From a virus, in the IMG/VR virus record IMGVR_UViG_3300046543_000386, positions 2,754 to 66,753 of that record: a DNA stretch of 64,000 nucleotides; one strand, 5' to 3'. The stretch's first letter is position 1, and each line of letters opens with the position of its first letter. A program made the translations under genes and the position numbers. The notes beneath the pieces are model-generated. The model was given only the letters and a program-made list of their open reading frames with translations. It ran no database searches and had not been told where the DNA came from. This document shows, in pieces, positions 44,464-51,550 of the stretch.

Positions 44464-44605
44464 GGAATGCCACTCCTCGAAAGAGGAAGCCGCACATCAC
44501 ACACCGGGGTGACGCTTGAGCCGGGAAGGGTGAAACCGCCAACCGGAGGCGGCCTTGAACCGGAAGCCTAAGGCGCTACCACGAAAGCCACAGTTTTGTA
44601 AACGT

Positions 44606-45241
44606 TCACTCGCTATTTGGCGGGATCTGTACCGGCGAATAGGTCTTCCGAATATTGGGACGCACCCTGGAATCGCCGCCGCGATCAAAGGTGCCGGGCG
44701 GCGTGGCGCCGAGTTGCTCCTCTTTCGCGCGCACCTGATTGCGCGCTTTCTGCTGATCCCGCCTGCGCACTTCCTCGGTGATCTCCATCGGCCGTTCCAT
44801 CAGGATCATGCCCTTGCGGGTGATGGTCTGGTGCGCGCCCGCCATCGGCATCTGCTCGGGGTGCCTGCTGGCAGGTACCGCCTCCCACCCGCCGCGCGCC
44901 AGGGCGACCTGATAGGCCGGGTCCTCCTTGCCAAACAGCGTGTGCCGCTTCCACTCATAGCTCCAGCCATCGGGGATGATCTCGGCGGGCAGGTAAAACT
45001 CGTTGACGGTTTCCTGCTCGACGCCGCCATGGCCGCGCAACTCGGCGGCGCGCTTGGCCGCCCGCTCGCGTGGACTCTCCTCGCGCACAGGCTTCCGCAA
45101 GGGCGGGCGGCTCGCGATATCCCCCTGCGAATGCGCGGCATCGTCAGGCGCTGTTTCACGTGAAACAGCGCCCGCGTCGGTCGCATCCAGACGAAGGGAG
45201 TTCTCCGGACGCGGGAGCACGCGACGGATAGGGTCGGGCAT
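44606..45241 (-). CDS. head-module hypothetical protein
   Basis: IPDGWSYEWKR...GWEAVPASRHPE...GMILMERP; between scaffold and capsid genes. Confidence 0.68.
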   Translation of the reverse strand: MPDPIRRVLPRPENSLRLDATDAGAVSRETAPDDAAHSQGDIASRPPLRKPVREESPRERAAKRAAELRGHGGVEQETVNEFYLPAEIIPDGWSYEWKRHTLFGKEDPAYQVALARGGWEAVPASRHPEQMPMAGAHQTITRKGMILMERPMEITEEVRRRDQQKARNQVRAKEEQLGATPPGTFDRGGDSRVRPNIRKTYSPVQIPPNSE

Positions 45242-45249
45242 CTTCTTCC

Positions 45250-46143
45250 TCAATTCAGCTTTCCAGCGCGTTTCAGTTCCAGCTTGTTCTTGGCATACTC
45301 TTCGTCGGTCATCTTCATCATCTGCGCCATCTCACGCTCCTCGGCGCTCAAGCGCATGACGTTGCGATCCCCCGGCGACGAGCGCGACACCGGAGCGGCC
45401 GCAGGCGAGGCGCGCCGTTGCGTCACCTGCGACTGCTGGTAGCTCGATGCGTCGCCCTCGTCCTCGGCGGGTTGCACCCGCAGGATGCTCTCCACCTCGC
45501 GGAAATACTCGTCGGTGTCGGCCGCGATGCCGTCGGCGGTGACGAGGTTGTGGGCCGCCACCATCTTGTTGAACAGGCGCTGATCGGTCGCGTATTGCGG
45601 GTGCCGCCTTACCCAATCGCCGGAACGTGGCGACAGGCGGCGGGCAAAATCCTCCACCGGATCGCCGGAACCCTGCGATTGCGGCGCGGGCGGCGCGCGC
45701 TTGGGCTGCTGCTCGGCGGCCGCTTTGCCTTCCTCAAGCTGCAACATCTTGGCCGCGTTGTCGGCCATGCCCTGCTGAATATCGGCGGCGCGGGAAAATT
45801 CACCGTTTTCCATCGCCTGGGCATACTCGGCCTTGAGCGCCTCGGTGTTGCCCTTGACCATGTGAATGGCGTTGTTGATCAACTGCAAATTGGTGGTGTC
45901 CACCTCGTTGCGGGCATACACCTCGCGCGACGCGGCCTCGTTGGCGCGGGTTTCGGCCGCGATCCGGTGATTGCGCTCGCGCTCAAGCTGCGCCTTCAAG
46001 GTTTCGATGCTGGCGGCGAGGTCGTCCTGCTGCGGCGCCTGCGGCGCTTCCACGACCACATCACGCTCCCCCGCCGGGGGCGCTTCGACGGCGGGCGGCT
46101 CCAGGGGTAATTCGGCTTCAGCGGATTTCGGTTTGCGTGCCAT
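45250..46143 (-). CDS. capsid scaffolding protein
   Basis: Acidic coiled-coil body; C-terminus RLSAEEREMAQMMKMTDEEYAKNK; position upstream of the MCP. Confidence 0.7.
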   Translation of the reverse strand: MARKPKSAEAELPLEPPAVEAPPAGERDVVVEAPQAPQQDDLAASIETLKAQLERERNHRIAAETRANEAASREVYARNEVDTTNLQLINNAIHMVKGNTEALKAEYAQAMENGEFSRAADIQQGMADNAAKMLQLEEGKAAAEQQPKRAPPAPQSQGSGDPVEDFARRLSPRSGDWVRRHPQYATDQRLFNKMVAAHNLVTADGIAADTDEYFREVESILRVQPAEDEGDASSYQQSQVTQRRASPAAAPVSRSSPGDRNVMRLSAEEREMAQMMKMTDEEYAKNKLELKRAGKLN

Positions 46144-46145
46144 GG

Positions 46146-46538
46146 TTACCACACGAAATCTGGATGTTGCACACGTCCCTTGACGTTCACGTCCTCCAAG
46201 ATCCGGCAGGGGTGACCATTGATGGTCAGCGCCCAGCCGTCGGAAACGCGGAAGAAAACCCAATCGTTGACGCGGATATCGATGCCAGTGAACCAGTTCG
46301 CGGTGGGGTCCACGAACGCGGTGGCGCCCTTTTTCATGATCAGCCCGACCTTGCCCTGCACCCGGTCCTCGCTGCGGGTCGTGTCGGCCAGCAGGATGCC
46401 GCCCTTGGTTGTCGGGGGACGGATGTAGATCGCCACCAGAAGCTGATTGTTGAAGATCTCGATATTATCAAGGGCACCGACCGCCTTGGCCAATTCCAGC
46501 TTGGGGTCGATGTCGTGCTTCATAACGGCAAACGCCAT
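46146..46538 (-). CDS. groES: GroES/Cpn10-like co-chaperonin
   Basis: QLLV....PTTKGGILLAD mobile loop, GKVGLIMKKG, VNDWVFF, CRILEDVNVKGRV. Confidence 0.8.
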   Translation of the reverse strand: MAFAVMKHDIDPKLELAKAVGALDNIEIFNNQLLVAIYIRPPTTKGGILLADTTRSEDRVQGKVGLIMKKGATAFVDPTANWFTGIDIRVNDWVFFRVSDGWALTINGHPCRILEDVNVKGRVQHPDFVW

Positions 46539-46549
46539 AGGCTGATCCT

Positions 46550-46750
46550 TTAACGGGTAAGCATTACCTTCTTGGCGATCTCGTCGCAGATATCCTCGGC
46601 GGCACGGAGGCCCTGAATCACCCCAGTCGCCCGCTGGTAATCCACTCCAGCCCCGCCCCACGAAAGCTCTTCCTTCCGCGCCTCGATCTCGTCACGCAGC
46701 GCCTTGCGCAGTTCCTGCTCAAACAGAATGCCGGTGGTGAACACCGTCAT
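46550..46750 (-). CDS. hypothetical protein
   Basis: DYQRATGVIQGLRAAE; upstream of the GroES-like gene. Confidence 0.65.
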   Translation of the reverse strand: MTVFTTGILFEQELRKALRDEIEARKEELSWGGAGVDYQRATGVIQGLRAAEDICDEIAKKVMLTR

Positions 46751-46756
46751 CCACCG

Positions 46757-47854
46757 TCAGCCCTTGCCGTACTCATCGATCTTCTCCAGCCGCCCCTCGC
46801 CGCTTCCGGCGCCCGCGTTCATCTTGGGGAATTTATGGGTGGTCCGACCGCCGCGCGCGCGAGGCATCATGCCGGGTGGCGGCATGGGCGGCCCGCCCGC
46901 GCCAGGAGGTGGCCCCATCGGAGGTCCCCCGGCACCTGGGGGCGGGCCACCCATCGGAGGCGGCCCACCAGGGGGCATTCCAGGGCCACCGCCGCCCGGC
47001 ATCATGCCCGGGGGCGGCCCGCCACGCGGCGCCCCTGGCGGGGGCATGGGCGGCCCTGGCGGGCCTCCCGGCGGCGACAGCCCGGCATCCTGCGGCTTGC
47101 CCTGGGTTATAATGATGTTGACGTTGGTCTTGCCCGATTTGCTGGATTTCTTCTCGCCGCCGCCAAGCTGGCCGCCATAGGCGCGCCTGACGCGCCCGCC
47201 GCCGCATTTCTCCATCGCGTCGTCTTTGTCGTTGTCGGGTACCTTCAGGGCGAATTTCGGCTTCTTGTCGTCTTTCTTGTCCTCTTTGCGTTCCTCTTTC
47301 TTGTCGCCCTTCTTGGATTCGAACTTGGCGAACCCGCCCTTCTTCATCATCGACAGCTTGCCCGCCGATACCGGCGAGAAGCTCATGCGGCTCGCGGGCA
47401 CCCCGGAACGCCCCGTGGATGCCGCCAATCCCTCGTTCTGCGACGCCTCCGGTCCCAGCCCGGCCCCGCCGCCATCCTGCTTGTTCACCGCGCCGCCGCG
47501 CTTCATGCCCCCGATATGCTTGGTGCCGACGCGCTCTTCGTTGGCGTCCTTGGTGTTACGGTTGATGAAATTGGTCGGCGTCAGCGCCGATCCGCCATTC
47601 TTGCGCGCCAAGCGCCCGGCATGCGACGGCGTGGCCGGTCCCGGTACCTTCAGCCCCGCCTTGACGGAGGTGACATGCCCGCCACGGCGATACTGGCGCA
47701 TGGAAAGGGGCCGCATGCCGGTTTTCGCGTTGGCGTTCAGCGCCTCGGGCGGCGTCCAGCTACTCGCGTCCACTTTCTGGTGCGGATCGGCACTGCCCAT
47801 GCGCTTGGCCTTGGCTTTCATGGCTTCGCGGGCGTCCTGGCTCATCGTGGACAT
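46757..47854 (-). CDS. low-complexity basic/Pro-Gly-rich virion protein with repeated [K/R]xxGG motifs
   Basis: AAGGAG RBS before MSTMSQD; YRRGG, RKNGG, MKRGG, MKKGG, RAYGG, RARGG. Confidence 0.7.
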   Translation of the reverse strand: MSTMSQDAREAMKAKAKRMGSADPHQKVDASSWTPPEALNANAKTGMRPLSMRQYRRGGHVTSVKAGLKVPGPATPSHAGRLARKNGGSALTPTNFINRNTKDANEERVGTKHIGGMKRGGAVNKQDGGGAGLGPEASQNEGLAASTGRSGVPASRMSFSPVSAGKLSMMKKGGFAKFESKKGDKKEERKEDKKDDKKPKFALKVPDNDKDDAMEKCGGGRVRRAYGGQLGGGEKKSSKSGKTNVNIIITQGKPQDAGLSPPGGPPGPPMPPPGAPRGGPPPGMMPGGGGPGMPPGGPPPMGGPPPGAGGPPMGPPPGAGGPPMPPPGMMPRARGGRTTHKFPKMNAGAGSGEGRLEKIDEYGKG

Positions 47855-47963
47855 GTAATTTGGCTCCTTTGCGGAGTGAGTGGGCGACAAACAGCGCGTT
47901 TTGGGCCGTTTTTGCAAGATTTTGACCCTGATCGGCTCACTATTGATGGTTTGAGGGCGATTT

Positions 47964-50660
47964 TCATGCGCGGGCCTCGCGAAAATGCCGCGCGGCGGCC
48001 AAAGCCCGGTCGATGACGGGTCCGGAGACGCCAACCGGGCCGCCATAGGCCTTTTTCGCCGGTTTTCTGCCCCCTGACGCGTGTTTGGCGATGCGTTTGG
48101 CGTAGGTTTTCACCGCCTGCGTCTGCTTTTTCACCGCCGCGTCGTAATCGGCGACCTTGTCACCCTCGCGGGTGTTGTAAAAATCATGCTTGTTGGGGTC
48201 GTAGGCCATGTGAACAACGTCGGGACGCCCGCCATTGAAGTGATGGAAGGTGTCGTAATCCCATCCCGGGGGCGCGAACTCGTCGTTGAAGGGCAATCGG
48301 CTGACGGCGTGGAAGCGATTGCGCGAATAGAGGTGCGGTAGCGTGGTGTCGAACGCATCCAGCTTCCGACCGCCCTGCTGCACCGCCAGATCGAGTAGCG
48401 AATTAACCACATTGCGATGATTGCCGCGCGCCTTGTTGTTGAATACCGAAACGATGTCGTCGCCCTTGAGCGCGAAGCCGGTCGCCTTGTCAGGCGACAG
48501 GAACAGCTTCATGCCCGCATACTCTTTGGGGTCGTAGGCATGCACCGCCGCCGCGTGCGGGCCGACCCCCTTGGCGTGGAGCATCGCCTCGTGGAACACG
48601 GCGCCGCTGCGGGCGCCCGGCATAAGCTCGTGCATGGACGGGGCGGATATCCCCGCCTCGTCCCATACACGCTTGGCCTCGGGATGAGGGTCGTGGGTGC
48701 TGCGAACAGCCGCGCCGAAATCGGGCGCTAGTTGTTGCGCTCCACTTCCTCCTGCTCTTCGGGCGTAAGTTGCGGGTAACCCGTCCCTACCCCGTCCTGC
48801 GACCCCGTGGGCTGTCCGCGTGGCGCGGCCGAGTTGCCGGGCGCGGGCGAAGCGGTCCACTTCCTGAGGTTCCAGTCCTGAAGGTGCTCCGGAAGGTCCG
48901 CCTCCAGTTCCGGGTGCCACGGCGGCGGGCTGCCCATGTGCGCCACCTTCAGGTACTCCTCTCTCGTAACTGGAATCCCATTCTCTTTCAGAATCTGGAT
49001 CACCGGATCGTCGTGCCCATGACGGCTCATTCATGCCTCCTGCCAACGTCAATATCTGCTGCCGCGCCTCCGGGGCCGACAGCAATCCATTCGTGACGTT
49101 ATCCCATATTCCATGCACCTGCGCAATCAGATTGCGGTCGCGCTTCTGCTTGGGCGAGAACAGGCCGCGAATACCTTCCCAGGTGATGGACTGCATCTCA
49201 CGCGGCAACAGCCCTTCCTGCAACGCCGCCGCGCGCTTGGCGTCGGCATGCAGCGGGTAGGTGCCCGACACCCCGGTGAGATCGGAACTCTTGGCCGCTG
49301 GCGGCTTGGCCATGGTGCGAACAGGTTCCGGCAGCCCCTTGGCCTTGGCCGCCGCCACAAGGCGCTTATGCGGGTCCAGCGTATCGGTGCCAAAGTTGTG
49401 CGACACCTCGGTCGAACTGCCGCCCAGCGGGCGCAGCAGGTTTGCCGCCACCGCATGGGTGTCGATGGTCACGTCACCATGCGGCGCATCCGGCGCCAGC
49501 AGATTGTTGTAGAAATTGCGCACCTTGTGCTTGTCGCCCATCAGCCGCGACAGCGCCGATTTGCTGCCGTTGGACTGCGCCGCCTGCACCGCCTTGGAAA
49601 TCTCCGACAGCGACCCCCAACTGGTCTGCGAGGGATCGCCCTCCGTCGGCTCGGCACCTTCCTCCTCATCGTCGGACGTGCTGGCGTCTTCCTTGGTCCT
49701 GACCCGGCCAAACGCGCCCTCGGGCGTCACCAGTCGGTGCCAGCGCGGGTTGTGCGCCTCGTCATGCAGGCGGATGAACATCGCCTTGTGCTTGGGGTCC
49801 TCGATATCGGCCAGCTTCTTGCCGCGTATCGCGTCCAGCGACACGTCGTGCCGCCCTTCGAAAAAGACCCGGTTGGCGTGGTCCTCCATCTCCTTGGTGT
49901 AATGCGTCTCGTGCTGACGATGCAGCGCATCGAGCACCCGCTCGGCCAGGGAGACGTTCTGATACCAGTCCTTCTGCGGCGACAGCGCCGCCAGCGTGCC
50001 CGCCACCGCGCTGTCAGGCATGTTGTAGCGCTTGGCGAAGCTGTCCACGATCCGACGGCCGCCCTTGTACCAAAGCTTGGCGCGGTCGCGGATATGCTCG
50101 GGCATGGTGTCGTGCAGGAATTTCAGATTGCCCTGCGCGAGGTTGTTGAAATGGTGCAGGATCTCGTCGTGGTTGGCACCCTCCTGGCGCAGATGCGCGG
50201 GCATCCCCGGATACTGCGCCAGCAACTCGACGTTGTGCTTGTGCGCCTTGTCGCCCTGCGCCGACGACGCCGTGTCCACCATCAGATTGCCGGTGATCGG
50301 ATTATCGCCCTTGGCGCTTTTCGGCGTGCGCTGCGAGATCCGATCCGGGTGATCGCCATCCGCCTGCAAGCGATTGCGGTAGCCCGCGAAGGCACTGCGT
50401 GGCGCCATGGGGGCACTGCGTGGCGCCCGCACCTGTTCAGGGCTGGCAGGCGCAGGCGCCACGACAGGCTGCGCAGTCAAGGTCTGCGCAGAATCTTCAG
50501 GTACAGGGTTCACCGGCACCTCGCCACCCGCAGCATATCGCCCTGGCAAGGGGCCAATCTCGCGGCCAATGCCCTTGGCCACCTGGGCTGCACGGCGGAT
50601 CGCCGCCGTGTTGTCCTGGCCATAGGACAGCGCCCTGGCCATCGACGGGGGATACGCCAT
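47964..50660 (-). CDS. polyvalent-type protein: HhH-glycosylase-like helical domain plus C-terminal GNAT-like domain
   Basis: WY...LAALSPQKDWYQN...HKVRNFYNN...VTIDTHAV...MQSITWEGIR; C-terminal GFALKGDDIVSVF...AVQQGGRKLDAFDT.LPHLYSRNRF...GRPDVVHM. Confidence 0.6.
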   Translation of the reverse strand: MAYPPSMARALSYGQDNTAAIRRAAQVAKGIGREIGPLPGRYAAGGEVPVNPVPEDSAQTLTAQPVVAPAPASPEQVRAPRSAPMAPRSAFAGYRNRLQADGDHPDRISQRTPKSAKGDNPITGNLMVDTASSAQGDKAHKHNVELLAQYPGMPAHLRQEGANHDEILHHFNNLAQGNLKFLHDTMPEHIRDRAKLWYKGGRRIVDSFAKRYNMPDSAVAGTLAALSPQKDWYQNVSLAERVLDALHRQHETHYTKEMEDHANRVFFEGRHDVSLDAIRGKKLADIEDPKHKAMFIRLHDEAHNPRWHRLVTPEGAFGRVRTKEDASTSDDEEEGAEPTEGDPSQTSWGSLSEISKAVQAAQSNGSKSALSRLMGDKHKVRNFYNNLLAPDAPHGDVTIDTHAVAANLLRPLGGSSTEVSHNFGTDTLDPHKRLVAAAKAKGLPEPVRTMAKPPAAKSSDLTGVSGTYPLHADAKRAAALQEGLLPREMQSITWEGIRGLFSPKQKRDRNLIAQVHGIWDNVTNGLLSAPEARQQILTLAGGMNEPSWARRSGDPDSEREWDSSYERGVPEGGAHGQPAAVAPGTGGGPSGAPSGLEPQEVDRFARARQLGRATRTAHGVAGRGRDGLPATYARRAGGSGAQQLAPDFGAAVRSTHDPHPEAKRVWDEAGISAPSMHELMPGARSGAVFHEAMLHAKGVGPHAAAVHAYDPKEYAGMKLFLSPDKATGFALKGDDIVSVFNNKARGNHRNVVNSLLDLAVQQGGRKLDAFDTTLPHLYSRNRFHAVSRLPFNDEFAPPGWDYDTFHHFNGGRPDVVHMAYDPNKHDFYNTREGDKVADYDAAVKKQTQAVKTYAKRIAKHASGGRKPAKKAYGGPVGVSGPVIDRALAAARHFREARA
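48728..49030 (-). CDS. nested (overlapping-frame) small protein inside the 898-aa gene
   Basis: GGAGG RBS; DDPVIQILKENGIPVTREEYLKVAHMGSPP...LEADLPEHLQ; GC-rich third positions shift into this frame. Confidence 0.62.
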   Translation of the reverse strand: MSRHGHDDPVIQILKENGIPVTREEYLKVAHMGSPPPWHPELEADLPEHLQDWNLRKWTASPAPGNSAAPRGQPTGSQDGVGTGYPQLTPEEQEEVERNN

Positions 50661-51550
50661 CAGGTTCTCCCTCCGCGCTCGTAGCGGCGCTTGATCTCGG
50701 GCGTCCGGTCATCGAACACCACGAAGTTGTGGGCGTCCCTCTTGCCGCTGCGACTGTTGGCATCGAGGTAGCGAATGCCGGGGATGCCTGCGGCTTTCAG
50801 CCGCTCCATCGCATGCGCCTGGGCCTTGGCGTTCTGCGTGCGCGGCTTGTCGGTGTGAACCTGGGGCGCCATCGCGGCAATGAATTTGTGCAGATCCTGC
50901 CCGGTCATCGCCTCGGCACGGTCATGCCAGTCGGGGTTGAACAGCGTCTTCACCGCTGCCTGCACGTGCGGGTGCTGCGCCTTCACCGGCCGGTCCCAAT
51001 GCAGGAAATGCTCGGGATCGGCATTAAGCCGCACCTGATACATCGCCCCCGGCGTGTGCAGCTTGGCCTGCGGATACTTGGCGCGCATCTCGGCGGCGTG
51101 CTGCTTAAACTTGGGCACGTGCTTGGGATAGAAATCGTTTTCGATCTTCTTGTGCAACGCGTCCCAATCGCCGCCCGCGTCGATGAAATCCATCAGGGTG
51201 AACATATGATCTTGGTGCAGGTTGTCGGCGTGGGTGATGTCGTCCACCGTCTGCGGCCCGCGCCCGGTGCCCAGGTCGATACGCGGGTCCTTGTCGCGTG
51301 ACAGGCGGTCGCGATAGCCCTTGGCGATGCCCTCGTCCTGAGCGAAATACAGCCCGCGCCCATAGGCCTGATTGCCCTCGCCAGTGCCGATCTTGGACAT
51401 GTCGAAGCGGTCGAAATAATGCGGGCTGCCGTGGTACACATCCACGCCGGGGGCGTCCTCGGGCTGCGCTTCGACCTGTCCGCCCGCGTCGCGCCGCACC
51501 AGCCGGGCCGCCAAGAGCGCACGCCGCACGGGTTTGCCGCTGTCGCTCAC
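50660..51550 (-). CDS. ADP-ribosyltransferase-like protein (polyvalent-protein ART type)
   Basis: VYHGSPHYFDRFD...GTGEG.QAYGRGLYFA...AKGY...MYQV...GIPGIRYLD...NFVVFDD. Confidence 0.72.
   Translation of the reverse strand: MSDSGKPVRRALLAARLVRRDAGGQVEAQPEDAPGVDVYHGSPHYFDRFDMSKIGTGEGNQAYGRGLYFAQDEGIAKGYRDRLSRDKDPRIDLGTGRGPQTVDDITHADNLHQDHMFTLMDFIDAGGDWDALHKKIENDFYPKHVPKFKQHAAEMRAKYPQAKLHTPGAMYQVRLNADPEHFLHWDRPVKAQHPHVQAAVKTLFNPDWHDRAEAMTGQDLHKFIAAMAPQVHTDKPRTQNAKAQAHAMERLKAAGIPGIRYLDANSRSGKRDAHNFVVFDDRTPEIKRRYERGGRT

Noticed and set aside
44464-44605. Possible tRNA (contains GGTTCAAG on the minus strand)
   Set aside because: No consistent cloverleaf with acceptor and anticodon stems could be built
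49113-50684. 523-aa plus-strand ORF
   Set aside because: Antisense to the 898-aa gene, with typical reverse-frame composition
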